Source: Marsupella aquatica
Taxonomy: Eukaryota > Plantae > Marchantiophyta
DNA: 64,000 bases
NCBI GenBank assembly: GCA_973895155.1
Contig: OZ316893.1
Location: forward strand, 18,011,836 to 18,075,835
Reading direction: 5' to 3'
The notes under the pieces are model-generated. The model searched no databases. It saw only the letters and a program-made list of their open reading frames with translations, and was not told where the DNA came from. Positions 1 through 14,117 of the stretch are shown in pieces. Every line of letters starts with the position of its first letter. Position 1 is the stretch's first letter. Both the position numbers and the translations under genes were made by a program.

Positions 1-271
1 TCCGGGTCAGCATGTGTCAGTGGCCGCCTCCCTGAGTTTGTTATACGGACCCGAGGAAGGGGCCCATTACACGCTCGCAACTAGGCGTGCGAATGGCGAC
101 CCGCTGCCGGGCCGAACACGAACACCCCTTATTGACTAATGATTTCCTACTCATAATGGCTACCTAAATACTATCATTATGCTAATAATTACGGCCTAAG
201 ATACCCCTAATGCACGTGCTAAGCGTCATTAGGCCGAATCACTCATTACCCGCCGTACCGGCGGCATGACA
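1..271 (-). mobile_element. 5' terminus of a diverged family-B LTR, continuing beyond the window start
   Basis: Aligns by eye with 34365-34636 and 49258-49529 (e.g. ccgaatcactcatta.ccgccgtac.ggcggc). Ends ...ATGACA at 271, i.e. a TGTCA start on minus. Confidence 0.85.
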
Positions 272-3200
272 GGGTGAAATGCTTTGCACTGAACACATAA
301 AGTGACATTGAAAAGTAGTCAATGAAAGAAAGACCCCCTCCCTTGGGGTTCTTCCTGCTGCCAGAACTGAAATGCAAACTGAGGTAGAATTTGAATTTAG
401 GGCTCTAAGATTGGACAAGGGCAATTTCTCTTTTGAAAACCCTCAAAGTGCACAAGTGAAGCATATAGACACATGTATTACCTTATGACATGCCTAAATT
501 GAAGTTGGGCAATTGTTGGCCTAGCATTTTCACAGATTATCAAAAGATTTCTTAGATTGAGGGTGGGGCAATTATTGGACTAGCATTTTCACTAAGTGGC
601 TACCATATATGGTTTCACACTGGACTTTTCCCATTCAATAATTGACAGCAGGAGAAGTAGCCTTTGAAGGAATCAAAACAAACCCCAAGTCATGACAATC
701 ACATAGCATGCATTGGTAGCAAAAACTGATACAGAAAACACCAGAGTTCCAATGTGACTCCTTGATTGACTTTTACTTCAGTGAAACTAATCCCTAGTGT
801 TCTAGGCAGCAACAATGAGCTCACAACACAGCTCAGCTTGGACTGAATGGACTCAACACAGAGAAACATAAGTCTCAACTAGGGCAGTAGAATGGGCCTC
901 CCCCTACCAACTAATTGGGGTTCACAAAATCATTAGTATCAGTCATTGAAAACTGATGACTTTAGAGTTTAGAGTTTAGCAATTGATATGAGTTGTCAAC
1001 CTTGCCTCCCACTATTCTTGTGAATCTTAGGTGAGTACCTAGGATGGGGCCTTTGCATCCCCATGCATCTGAGCTAGGCAGCTGAGATTGACTCAATCCT
1101 GGTTCACCTGGTCAAGATAGGCATACGAACAAAAAATTGCAAACAAAAAAACCAAAAAAGGGGGGGACAATTCTGCTTTTGTACCACACGGACACAACCC
1201 ATCTTAGCTGACCTCGCCAAGATGGGGTTTCCATACAGTACAGACGCCCCATAGTGTTTTTCTTTTTAAAAAATCCCCATTTTTTTCCTGCCGCAACTTG
1301 ATTACCTCTCTCAATTGATTCACTGATGGACTTGACTGATAATTGATGAGATCATTTATTCCAACCAATCGCAACTAAATCTTTGTCTTGCAAAGCTATC
1401 AAGGCTTGGTGCAAGACACAAACAAATTGCACAACGTGTATCTCACCAGAGTTGGAAAATTTATAGTTGCAAACCTGAAAGAGTTACCTCAAATTAGAGT
1501 GCAAGGAATCAACGTTGAGAGATCCCAGCAGATTGGGTAAAAAGTTGATCAAGCCCAACAATACCATAATCAAACAAACTCCGCCTGCAGGCAGCAAAGC
1601 AAATCAAGGTAATGATGCTACACAGGAATGACCAGGGGACCACCCATGATTTACAACTCTGTCGGGCAACAACGGAACCAGGTTCATGTAAAGGTAACAA
1701 GTGGCATTCTATGAAGATCATTGATCTTGAAAGACCCAAAATAAGTAATTACGGCTCTAGATTGTGAGCCGACAAAAAACAACATTTGAGATTGATTTCT
1801 CTGTAGCTCAGGTGAGGTGGACGTTGCCAAAATAGAGACCAGTTGCAGCTCAGCTCCACTTAGCAAAAGGAGTAGCCGCACCAAAGCTTTGCCAAGCTCA
1901 AAAAATGTCACCATCAAGGAGGATGTTGGCCAAGGGGGCATAAGGGACCCAACTTTCCTTTTGGGACGCAAGGATGGTCATGAAGGTGAGGGAACTAGAC
2001 AAGTAGGAAGGGGGTGGGAAGGAATGGTCAATTACCACTTAAGCCATTTTGAGAGAATGGGGACCCTAAATTTGTCCCTAGGAAATGGTGTTCAATACAA
2101 ATGATGACAATTATAGTTCTAAATTCAATGAGGAGGTGTATTGACAAACAGAGTGGGCAGGTCATTCTGTTTAATTGGAGTTGTAATGAACATATTCTAT
2201 ATCTGGGAATGCACACCGGCTAAAATTGACATTGGTGTACAACCTACTGAAATGAATGATTCAACAGAGTAATGGTGATCAAATTTGATCATCTGGCTTT
2301 TACTAGTGGTAGTTAGACTTTGTAGTGAGAACAAATCAAGTGAGAACTTGTGTTAAAAAAGATACTTGCCCACCAGCAAACAGAGTAGACAGTACACCAT
2401 GACTATCTGACAACCTTCCACCACCCCTTTGGACCTGTACTGGAATTTTGAGAATAACACCCTCCGGTGTCTCTATAGGACTCTCTGGCTAGACTACTTC
2501 CCTTTTGGTTTGTTGAGCTGCTTTACCCACCATCAGTGCCCTTCTTGTGGCCCTTGTTTCCTTTGCGTCGCTGGTTCTGCCCCTTTGTGTGCCTGTTATT
2601 TAAAACTAAATAAAAACAATATTTTGTGTACCCAAGATTCCTTATTGGCAGGCGCCGCTCCAGACTCACGAGGGCTAAAGAGGTTATTACTGCTGAGCGT
2701 AGACACTGGCTTCCTGGGCAGGGTCTCTACTTCAATGGCAGTTAACTTTTTGCTCCGGTGAACTTTTGGCTGCGATGGGTGCTTTGTTCTGGCCGCCGTT
2801 TGGGATTTTGTCTCTAGTTTTTGTTTGGCTCTTACTGGTTGGACAATTAGCTTTTGTCACGGTTTAGGGTTCATAGGCTGCTTTTTGCACTGTTTCTGGC
2901 CTCCCAGTGGGAGTTGTCCTGTTCTATTATGAGGGTGCTTCTTGCTCCCCGGCCCCCAACCTCGCCCCCACTGGGATTTCACGGATCCCAGGAATATTTT
3001 GTCCACCCAATGGAGTTCAACCCCAAGACCTGTGTTTTTTAAGAGAGATCACCTCCCCCCCAGCATTCAGATGACCAGGTGCACTTGCTAGTGTCACTGT
3101 CCAGCAAGTCCTAGAAGTATAAAATGAACCACTTTTAAAATTTAGTGCTTAATTTTGATAGCCTGCATTCACCAGGTTTTCCTTTTGGGGAAAGTGGCTG

Positions 3201-3311
3201 TTGAACCTCATGTTTCAGTCAAACTGGCAGTTGTACGAGGTGAAGCACATGTTAAACAAAATTTCCCCAAAAAATAATTCCATAAGAATAAAAGGTGGAT
3301 AACTGCATATT

Positions 3312-3515
3312 TAACTGGGCCACATAAACTGGTTATATTCTCTCCATTGGTTTTTGTTACCTTCCCAATCAACAATTGAAAACATAACTGGGCCGCATCA
3401 ACGGGTTATATATTCTCCTCTGATTTTTGTTACCTACCCAATCAAAACTTGAAAACAGAACTTGGCCGCATGAACGGGTTGTACTCTCTCAAAGGATTTT
3501 TGTAAGCTACCCAAT
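3312..3515. repeat. Degenerate ~70-bp tandem repeat, about 3 units
   Basis: Recurring aactgggcc(a/g)cat..a..ggtt.ta.tctc...tttttgt.a.ct.cccaatcaa. Confidence 0.6.
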
Positions 3516-4362
3516 CAAGGCCTCCCGAGATTGGACTTCACTTCTTTCACTAATTACAGGTCACTTTTGGGATCCCGAAGTACATGCGGACATTGCCCTT
3601 GGGGATGCCATATAGGCGTTTCTTTCTAGAAAAGATCCACCACCCCAAGTGTCCAACGATGCATGCTTGTTACGTCATGCTTGCGTGTTTTTCCTACGTC
3701 ATCCGCGTACCTCACTATAGTACTATCTGCTTACGTAGTATTTGCGTCATGAGAATCACCCTGTCACCCACCAAGCATAGCTAAATCCTCATCATTCTAA
3801 CCAGTCATGGCCCCATTCCTCTCTCCTTTCTTTTTTATCCCTTGAAAATGCAAAACCTTTACTGCACGGTTAATCATTACTCTCTCCTTTGGGATTCACA
3901 GTAAACATGACACGACATTGTCACGGCATGGTACTCATTCCCCAAAATCCAACCTAAATTTGCTCATGCTATGTGAGAAAAGTATAAACTGAAAAAACAA
4001 ACCTGAAAGTCCAGATAGACTGGAAAATGATTGTGAAATGGAGTAAGGAGTTGGCTGGCACCACTTGAGTGCTACTGACACCCCTCCTTGCAATTGTACG
4101 TTTAATTTGTCGGGAGATTTACTATTTTCTAGATACTTTAACTACCAAAAAGAATTCCAGCCAAAAATGCAAAAGCAATAAAGTTCATATTTTTACACAT
4201 TTTGTCAAACTTAAAGCCCGGGTGGACCTGCATGTTGTCCATGGGATAAACCAAACTTGCATGTACTTCACTAAAAAATAAATATATGTTTGCATACTGT
4301 TTTTAATATTTGTGTCCAAGAAATACGCTATAAGCAACCAAATCATCATTTTTTCCCCAAGA

Positions 4363-4461
4363 TTTATCTTGTATGTAACTTTGTTATCATTTTTGTCTTA
4401 AAGACATTTTTATTTATCTTGTAGGTAACTTTGTTCTCATTTTTGTGCTTAAAGACATTTT
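4363..4461. repeat. ~50-bp tandem duplication
   Basis: tttatcttgta(t/g)gtaactttgtt(a/c)tcatttttgt..ttaaagacatttt occurs twice. Confidence 0.8.
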
Positions 4462-4909
4462 GACACCGGCTTGAGCACTTTAATTGAAAGCTTAGTTTCT
4501 TCGAATACTCTTACCCCTCCACATAGTTACTCTAACCATTTTTACTGACCCCCATTAGGAGTCTCTTGCAAATTTTCTGCCATGAGGTTGTGCCACATCA
4601 CCACAACCAGCCACAACCAGGAATGATCCTACTTTTAACAATAACAAACGTGCACATTCCTGTTTGTGGCAAAAGCAACATAATTTTTGGGGCGCCATGC
4701 CGTAAATATTAAACGTAAAAAAACAAAATACAAAGGAAGAGATGACATTTAGTAAAATAAAGTTACCATTTTGATGTTTGTCAAAGATATATCAATGTTT
4801 TATATCAAAATGCTTGTATTTTTAAATTGTTTGTAAGTTTGAAAAAACCAATCGATAGAAATGTACATAGTTAAAACCCCTTTGGCTTCACATTGTAAAA
4901 CTAAATAAT

Positions 4910-5300
4910 AAATCTCCTTAGTACTTGATAAAATCTGCCAATATGTGTTCATGGGAAAACTCAAGATCAGGATTTAGAAACTCATGACCTCTTTAGTAAT
5001 GTCTTGACAAAATCTATCAATGTTAAGATCATTGGAAAGTTAGAGAAATTTAGATACTAATGATTTCTCTATTTCTTGACAAATAATCTCAATGTCACAC
5101 ATTAGAAAGCTAAAGAGATTGAAAACCTCCTGATCTCTTTAGTACTGTGACAAAATCTGAGATGAAATTTGTTAATGTTAGAGTCAATGTTGGAAAGCTA
5201 AAAGAATTCATGAAGTCATGATCAAAATTTCTTATACTCACACTCATTGGAAAGGCAAAGAAATATAAAAACTCATATGGAACTTGACAAAATTTATCAA
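4910..5300. repeat. Degenerate tandem repeat of ~65-85 bp units
   Basis: Recurring ttgacaaaatct..caatgt...ttggaaag(c/t)ta(a/g)aga motifs. Confidence 0.5.
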
Positions 5301-6134
5301 TTTGAGGCTCATTTAAAACACTTTCTCGATTACGAGATATCACAATCTCGTCACCGTCATATACTTAGCCTCTACAAATTGATTTCTTTGATTATGTTGC
5401 CATCGCTTGTCCACAATGCTTGCTTCCCGGCTTGAATTGTTCGCATCTCTTAGATAGTCTTCAACTAAAGCTCACTTTGAACACAGGTTGTCTGATGCCA
5501 AATGCAGCCTCTATGTCAAAGAAACAATTGTTGGTCTTCCCCTCACACCATAGCTTTCTTAAATAAAAATAACTACAAATCCTTTGTGTGAAGTGATGGC
5601 TCGTTCGTTTTGTGTGTTCTTCCCACCGATTCAACAAGCTTTCTTTCGCCAACAGCTGAGTGAGTGTTGTGCTCCAGTATGTCTTGTGGCGGTAATGCTC
5701 AATGTAACTCACAAACAATCAATCAAGAATGGTTGAAACATGATTTCTCCAATGTGTAAACAAAACCTGTCAAAAATCTCAAATCCTCCACATTCAACCT
5801 TCTGTTTCATAAATCTCTATCTTTTGAGCATTTGTTTTGTACGAGCACACACCAACACCATCGGGAGACTCAGAACCGTCGGTTACCGCCTTGCTTAAAA
5901 TTGATTTCACTTAATCGCACACATTCCTTGGATGAACATGGGGGTCCACGGATTAATTTCAGAGTTTCATAAAAGAGATCATGTAAAGTACATTTACTTA
6001 GAGTCCTTATCTAACCTTGATGGGAGATAGAATTTTGAGTACATTGAGTGCTTCACAATTTACTCATACCACCTCAAGTAATTTGTTGAATGGTAAACAT
6101 CAAATGAATTTAATTTACACAAAATTATTTTTTA

Positions 6135-6536
6135 TGTTTATAAGCCCCGCAAAAAGGGGGGGGAAGGTAGCACAATGACTCGTGAACCAAGGAAACAATT
6201 CTCACCAAGGAGGTTAGTGTGGGATCAAAACGGACAGCATGACATCTCATAATCATCACTCATATAGCACTTGAGTACAACGACACAAAGATACGTGATT
6301 TACCCCATCAGGGCTACGTCCACGGCCACACCAAGGGCTTCACGATGAACATGAAAAATACATATCACCATAGCGCCATGGTCCAAACCCTCTATCTCAC
6401 ACAAAGTTCTCAACTAATTGCTCTCTCTCCATGGCATACAAAGAGGCTATCTCTTCATGAAGAGTCTAGTCAACTAATGTTAAATCAGATTACTTACTCT
6501 GTTTAACCTAGCCAAGGTTGAGTCAAAACCCTAACA
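6135..6536 (-). mobile_element. Possible Copia-type LTR remnant
   Basis: TGTT...AACA ends and an internal acacaaagatacgtg...ggctacgtccac motif resembling plant Copia LTRs. No clean TSD. Confidence 0.35.
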
Positions 6537-7574
6537 GTTAGGGGGAAAATCTAAACCCCAAATAAGCTCAATTTTTCATTAATGAATTACAATTTTTCTA
6601 CACATGCACGTTCTTAAAATTCTAGGGCATTGGTACTTTTTGGAATGACTATACGACTTCCAGTTTTTTTAACATAATCTCGTTTTTATAGAGCATTGCT
6701 CTTGTTACCGGGATTGTAGTAATTTTTCCATTATGGAGCTAAAGGAAATTCTAATTAGCATAAGCATTGTTGCGGAATACTATTTTTCAGAGACCATTGT
6801 TCTTGTTATAAATAGTGTTTGACTAATTTATTGTTATAAAGCCACTTGAGATTGGGGGGGGAGAGGCGGAGTATTGTTGATAAATCCAACTTTCAGAGAG
6901 GGCTACTGAAAATTTTTAAGGTATTGCTTTGAGTAATTTTTGGGATACAAAGCTAACAGAAATCATGTTTTTCATATAGCGTTGCTCTTGTTATAAGGAG
7001 CACTTTGAGTACTTTGCCATTCCAGAACTGCGGAAGATTTTGAATGTGCATCTTCATTTCATTCCATTCACATTTTCTATTTGACTGTGAGGTGAACACA
7101 TAATGTTCTTAGACTAACATAAATGTAGGTAAACAATTAATGAGAGAATTTACCATCTATTTGCAGTTGGGTTGTCTCATTATTATATGTAAAATGGTTT
7201 GTCCCCTGTACCAGTCCATCCAGGCTTTTTTTCATTTTTCTCAATGAATGAATTTTAACACTAGAATACTGTATCCAAAAATGTGTGATTCTCTATTTAA
7301 AAATTGATTAAAAAATGTGAACCAATAGTACCCTTTCATCAAAACATTGTGTTTACATCCTCAAATCTAAATGTAAACTCCATTTAGAATAATTGTCTAC
7401 CCTAGTTGTCCTTTAGCCTGCCCACACTTGCCCGAGATAACAACTCAATTATTTTATTTATATTAAAAAATGAGAAAAAAACTGAATCTAAATAATTATA
7501 AAATATTTTTTAAAACCATGTTTTTTCTATCACTCAATTGTGCTTGTACTCGCTAACATTTGTGTGTAAGTAAC

Positions 7575-7868
7575 TGTCGGCTCCAGACTAGACAGCAATG
7601 CGGAACATGAAAGCACTCAATCTCACATTACACCAACAAGTCACCACGATGGAGAAACTCCTGAAGGATCCATAGCTCATAAGAAGTACATGTAAAGAAT
7701 GAGAGAAAGAATGCTCTCCCTCCAACCTATACCCCCCAAGGGGGCCGAGATGTGTGGGCCTAAACTAAAGGATCTTATCTTAATGTACTCCAGGGTTAAC
7801 TAACTTTAGTAAGGCCAAACTAACTAGAAGCCGAGAACTCGAGTCAATTCCTAACAATCTCCACCTTG
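7575..7868 (-). mobile_element. Short Copia-type 3' LTR (7575-7856) with polypurine tract
   Basis: Minus strand reads AAGGTGGAGAT-TGTTAG, a typical Copia PPT/LTR junction. Candidate far end ...CCGACA at 7575. Confidence 0.5.
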
Positions 7869-8089
7869 ACTCCACTTCACATAATGAGTCAAGTGAAACA
7901 CAATATGTAAGTAAGTAACATATCTACATAGTCTTTGGGTTGGCCCTAAAAATGTGATGGTTGCTATCTAGCGTCTCCAATTTCTATGTGCAACGCATCG
8001 GTTATTGAACACGACCACAACAAGCGTATTGCTAAGATTCACGTAACATGTCTCGACAAGTGCATTGCAAAGCTTATAAATATTCTTGC

Positions 8090-8470
8090 CTTGCTTTAAC
8101 ATATTTTCTCACCTTGACATGTTTTTCTAATCTTTACATATTTTTCTCTCATTCACATCTTTTCCTTGGCTTGACATATTTTTCTCACATTGACATCTTT
8201 ACCTCACCAGAACATTGTTTTCTAACCCTCAACATCTTTTTGCAACTTGATATTTTTTCTCACCTTGACATTGTATCTGTTTCTCATCTCGTCATCTATT
8301 TCTCAAATTGACATCTTTATCTCACAACAACATCTTTCCCTCAACCTAAACATGTTTTCTCTCCTTGACACATCCTTTCTCTCCTTGACATATTTTTTTC
8401 ACCTCAACTTATTTTCCTCACCTAAATTACAGTTTTTTCTCTCATCAAGATTTTTTCACCTCAATATCTT
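8090..8470. repeat. Degenerate ~20-bp minisatellite (ttttctcaccttgacat)
   Basis: More than 15 decayed units. A related unit occurs in reverse orientation at ~8955-9000 (aaagatgtcaaggaaagac). Confidence 0.75.
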
Positions 8471-11455
8471 TTGTACAACACATAGGTATTGGGCTAGTGG
8501 AATATAAAACCTTAGTGAATGAGGGACTTGCTCCACCCATCCCCCTTAGTTAAAGTCAACATCTAGTTTATACACAAAAGGAAAAGTAACCCATTGCCTT
8601 TGGAGGGATGGCTATGTCACTTTTGAGAAGGATCCCCTAGGTTTTCCATGCCCAATATCAAATGTGAACTATTGGGTCATGACAAACTTGTGCATTAATT
8701 TGGTTTGTCAAGGGAACCTTAAGATGGACAGCCATATACCAATGGGCAAACCAATTCAACTCACTACAAAGAGTCAAGAGTCAGTTTATAGGTCACATTT
8801 AAGTCAAAATGGTACAAGGTGTTACAAAAGTCTTTTAGAGGTTCTACGCAAATCCATCAAAACTTTGGAAATCTCACTCAGTTCATCTTGGATTGATTTT
8901 CAATGAGACCTTATTATTTATCATCACAACGAGTGCAATGCTTGTGTGTTACACAAAAGATGTCAAGGAAAGACAAAGATGTCAAGGAAAGACAAAGATG
9001 TTTAGTTGAGGCAAAAATTCTGATATGTTATTCTATTTTCCAATCAAAATTAATTGATTTCAAGCAGGTTGTAACTCGGGCAGACATTTGAGATAAAAGG
9101 AGAATCTGGGTGAATCTGACACTGTCCTAAAAATGGTGTTTGATCATGAAGGGCCAGGATTGGATCTCATTTTATTCTGATTTTGTAATCAAACAAATGA
9201 TTATTTTGTCTGGTATTATTTTGGTAGTGGGTGTGAAGAAAAAGGCCCTACTTGTGGCTCCCCTTGTGGACTATTTTAATGTAACAAATAGTTTGTAAAC
9301 TAAAGTAAGAAAGGCATAGGGAAAAGTCATATATATTCAAACATTTTGTACAAAATAGGTGGAATCAGTTATTTATAATTGTATTGGGATCATATCAAGA
9401 TTGTGTAATGGTTGTCAATTTTTGAGATGGTCATTAATGTGTGGACACATTGCCAAAGGTAACATCTTTGGGGTTGGGGCATGATTAACTGTATTAGCAT
9501 AGTTTTTTTCTCAATGAGTGATTAAAAGCAGTTTTATTGGCTTACCAATACATAAAAACAATTTATGCAATTCCAGATAGATTTATAATTTGGGGGTGGA
9601 CCACCCAAAATTGTAGGGCCTATGTGCAATCCAAAGTATGTACATTGGATGGAAATGAGCTAAACTTTTAAAAAGTGTACAAGATAAAGGAAGATATTAT
9701 AAAATAAAATTTATATAATATTCTTTAATACATAAATTTTATAAAGTAAAGTAGGTAATTAATATTAAAAATATGAAGCAGTGGTGCAATCTGAATGAGG
9801 ACCTCTTGAGTGATTGTTAGTGAAGCCGCGAGTGAAGCATCAGCTCCTACCCTCTTGCTCATTGTTTGTGACATTTATTTGTGACCCCTGTCAAAATTAA
9901 CTCTAATTCCAAAATTGTTGAATCTACTTCAATGGGAGAGTTGAAGAGCCCCAACTCTTCAATATATTGATATTGATCAATCATATAAAGAATAGATTTA
10001 ATCTCTTTGACCAAAATTGAGTATTTTAAATTGTCAGCCCTTGCTCCCCTTGGGAATAGTGATCAAAAATTGTTTTAAAGTAGGTAATATTGTACCATCA
10101 CCTTCTTATCTCATCTAGTGAACTTTTGTATTAGTTCTGAAACCACAGCTGTCCCTAGGTATGAGAGCTATGGGTAACCCATAGCTCTCATTACACATGA
10201 CATACATTTGCTTTCACTATGAATGGACAACATTGTACAAACTTCTTGCGCTTGCTCTAATTGCATGCCCTCGCTCCTCTTGGGAATAGTGTTTGATGTG
10301 CATGGTTCCAAAATTGTTTCAAGTAGGTAATATTCACTAGAAGAAAATGCCTCATTTTGAGACCCTCCCCTATGTGACTTGTGCAAGACCTTCACAAATT
10401 GGCAACTCCAAGTTTGTGGGTGTCATTTTGGTTACACCCTATCAATTGAGTTTTAGTAAGGTTTATGAAAGTCATTTATACCACTTATGGGAAACTTGCA
10501 TTTGAGAACTAAGAGACTCTAATATGTAAGTGTCATGAGATTGACATGGGTCTTAACACCAATAACTTCACTATTGGGTGCCAAAACCATCTCTTTGTAC
10601 GTGATGATCATGAAGGGATGTTGTGAACGCTGGTAAACACTAATTTATCCACTTAACACTAGATTATCACAATAGGACTCTATCACACATAATTCAAGCT
10701 CAGTCCCAAGGAACCAAGGTTGGGAATCAGATCATGTGCGCATGATAGTTTTGGTGAGAAGGGGTGTTCATGTCGGGCCTGTATACACCGGGCCTAGCGC
10801 TATGTTGAGCCTATATGTATGCTTACTGCCATAGGTATGTTTCTATTCTGCATGCTACCATAATATACCCATAGACCAGTGACTCATAACTGGTTCCCGG
10901 CTTAGGGACTTCTAAGCCATTGCCTCACTACTCTATCATTCCACTCCCAACAATCAGAGTTGTGATAGTCCTCACCCAACCCACTTCAATGCACCCAATA
11001 CACCTCTACACATTATTTTGCCATAGCTTGGCAAACAAACAAGGTGCTCTATGAGCGTTTCTCTCTAGCTTCTCGCCCTTGTCAGCTCTTGAAGACTGAT
11101 TTCTAGTATGAGCACAAATGCAACCCTCTCATATGGGTATACCGCCCCTCCACTATTGTAACCTCAACAACTATTAGCCATGGTTAAGGTGCATCCTAGT
11201 TTACCCCATTGTCAAGACAATTTGGTTGCAAATTTAGTCATAAAACTTATATTTTTCTCACACATTTACGTGAGGCATCATATCTTTCTAGATTTATGGA
11301 CCCTCAAATCTGACAATTAACCATTGCCAAAAAAACTTCATATTGTCACAAAATATATATATTTTTGTGGTCTAACTCGTGAACTTTTGATAACTCAAAT
11401 TTTCCCATCCAGAAATATTTTTTCTCCCCAAGCATTGAAAATAATGCTCCTATGG

Positions 11456-12575
11456 ACCACAATGTTGGTCTTTGAAAACCCCCATGGAACCACATTTCCC
11501 AAAAATTGAGATTGATATATTGTAATAACTTGATGTTCATGCTTTCAATTATTTTTTGGTTTTGAGGATGTGCTAGAGGAGGAGGTAAGCCCCACTTCCA
11601 TCAAAGTGAGAGTGAAGTTTTAGCCATTTTGGTTAAGCTATTCATCATAGAATGTGGAGGGGTAACTTCCATTAGATTAATTTCATTGTGTTAAGATGAA
11701 ATATCAGGGGTTGTTTTTTTCATGTCTCCTCCTTCTCTAGTTGCCTTGCAGGTGAAAAACTAAGAATTATCTTAAGACTCATAATCATCTCGTTCTAAGC
11801 TTAAAACTCCCATGGACCACCAAAATGTGATGAGCAAAAACATTGTGTCATTGAACCTTGTATAATGCAAGCAAGCAAGAATTTTGATAGTGAGGAGAGT
11901 GTTGTTAGTGAGTCACTAGTGGTTTTAAGTTTCTTTTGATTTTTACTGCCTTTTATATATTAGTGTTTTTTTAAGACTTCAAATGGCTAGCGAGTTCGCT
12001 AGCGAAAAGAGGAGTCCCCAAAATGGATTTTACCAACCAGGTTGTTGTTAGCGAGGCAGTTGGATGTAGGAAAATGGGGTCACGTGAGTTGAAAAAATGC
12101 GCACGCAAGGAAAGTTTTTGTCGTTTCCTCGCATTCTACAATGACCCATTGTGTACAACATGGAGGTCCACCCAAGCTTCACTTTCCTTTGCACTTGCCC
12201 ATACATTTTATTTTGTAAAACAAATAACCATGTCACCCAAAATGGCTTGAGTGTAACAAAAATGATGCTCCCACAGACCACAATGTTGGTCTTTTGAAAC
12301 CCCCGTTGACCACATGTCCCAAAATTTCAGCTTAATAGTTATACTTGATGCTCATAAACTCAAATATTTTGTAGCTTTGAGGATGTGCTAGAGGAGTAGG
12401 TAAATTACACTTCCATCAAAGTGACGGTGAAGTCACTTTGGTGGAGTTATTCATCATTGGATTTGGAGGGGTAAATTACATTAGATTAATTCTCATTGCC
12501 TTAATATGAAATATTAGTGTTTTGTGATTTTTTAAAGTCTGCTCCTTATCTGGTTGCCTGGCAAATGAAAAATTA
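11456..12575. repeat. Diverged ~310-bp direct repeat pair (11456-11765 and 12276-12575)
   Basis: Shared gaccacaatgttggtcttt, ttgaggatgtgctagaggag, cacttccatcaaagtga and cattagattaatt blocks. Confidence 0.8.
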
Positions 12576-12904
12576 AAAAATCTATTAAGAGAAAATATAC
12601 AAAACTTTTACAGAAAAGGGCCAAATAGAGTACAAAAGAGGTCCTAAGGGGACAAAACCAAATGTAAAAGAAGTGAGCAATAGGAAACCCCTAAAAACCA
12701 AGAAAGAGGAACTGAAACTAACGCAAACGGACCAAGGCCCTAATCAGTAAGTGGGACGGGAATGTCCTCTAGGGGGGCTAGCCGCTGCGGAGGCACACTA
12801 GCACCCACTATTAGAGATTGACGATAGATGGCCCAAGCTTGAGCACGCTGTAAGGTGACTGAAATGCATTGGCAAAAGTGCATGGTGAAAACAGATACTT
12901 TAAT

Positions 12905-13213
12905 CTATTCATTAAAAGTGAATTATTATTCAAAATATGAACATTTGGGTAATATATAGTGTACATTTGGCTTTCAAAAAGTGTACAATTGGGCAAAAAA
13001 TAAAGGTGATGGCCATCAGATATACCACCATGTTCATCCTTTGTAAATAAACTAGGATGAGACTCCTTCTAGTAAAGATCATTTTTGTGTACTTAAGTTT
13101 ATAATTGACCATTTAGGTGTAGAGTATTGTACTATAGTGTACCTTTCGGGTTTAAAAAGTGAACATTTAGAGGCCTAAAAGTGAACAAAATAAAATACAC
13201 TTTTAATGAATAG
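12905..13213. mobile_element. MITE with perfect 16-bp terminal inverted repeats
   Basis: ctattcattaaaagtg (12905-12920) and cacttttaatgaatag (13198-13213), with an AT-rich noncoding interior. It interrupts the non-LTR ORF. Confidence 0.75.
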
Positions 13214-13259
13214 GGTTAGCGGGGGGACCCATCCGGCCATGAACATCCCAAGCAGCTTG

Positions 13260-14117
13260 TCAAAGAAGTCCGTCAAACTGATGATGGAGACGCCCAAATA
13301 TCTCAAGAGCAAGGGGAAGGAAGATATTAGATGAAGCTCGTGTAGCATGTTTGGCCTCTTTTGTTGTTGCCGCTGCCCTTGCCATTGTTGCCGTTGTCCC
13401 AATGATGTCTTGGTGCAATGGGTTTGCCAACACTACATCTACCAAAGTATGTTGACCCTTACGGACCATGGTAAGATCCACTTGTAACCAATGTGATGGA
13501 GGACCAGGTAACTCAAGCACCACCTCCAGCCGCACACAAACCAAAGAGCCAAAGAGAACCTGGGCAATCGTATCTCTCACATTGTAGTGAACAAGAATGG
13601 TTTTGCCTCCCACACTGCACCAAAGAAGATGGACACTAGTGGCACCACAAGACTTCCCACAAGTGCAAGAAGGAGGTAAACCTACAAGAAGTGGGTGGGG
13701 CAGCCCCATACAAAGACGCATGGCTGTCGAGAACTCCGTTGAAGACATCCGCAGATGAGGAATAACGGGATTAGCCTGAAGCCATCCGCTTGCGCCCTTC
13801 CCTTTGGAAGAAAGAATCCAAGCTTGGTCGATGTCAAGTGCCTCAATGAGGATGCTGGAGAGGGTGAAAGTGTGCATACGCCCAACAAGGTCTGCCTGAA
13901 GGTGGATTGGGTCCAAGGATAAAAACTCCTGAAATGAAGGTAACGCAACTCGAACAGGATCTGGTAATGATGACCGCGTCGTGCCCAAATGAACCTGAAA
14001 TGGGAGGGAACCCTCCTCTACCTCCATGAGATGATGAAAGTAAAAAGGTCGATCCTCAATAAGAAAATGATCGGCCAACAATGAGGAGGAGGCCGCCCAT
14101 GCACCCAAAAAGGCCAA
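13260..14117 (-). pseudogene. Non-LTR retroelement ORF fragment: zinc finger plus restriction-like endonuclease region
   Basis: 285-aa ORF with WLQANP, AMRLCMGLP, CxC..HxxxC..H and VD/VDV/K motifs. Flanking parts are frameshifted. Confidence 0.8.

Noticed and set aside
1140-1260. Possible PBS or LTR junction (TGGCGAGG on minus, G-tract on plus)
   Set aside because: No partner LTR or recognisable coding sequence nearby to support it.
272-12600. Short ORFs of 60-110 aa in the AT-rich left region
   Set aside because: No recognisable motifs. Several are translations of minisatellites (8048-8507) or decayed repeats.
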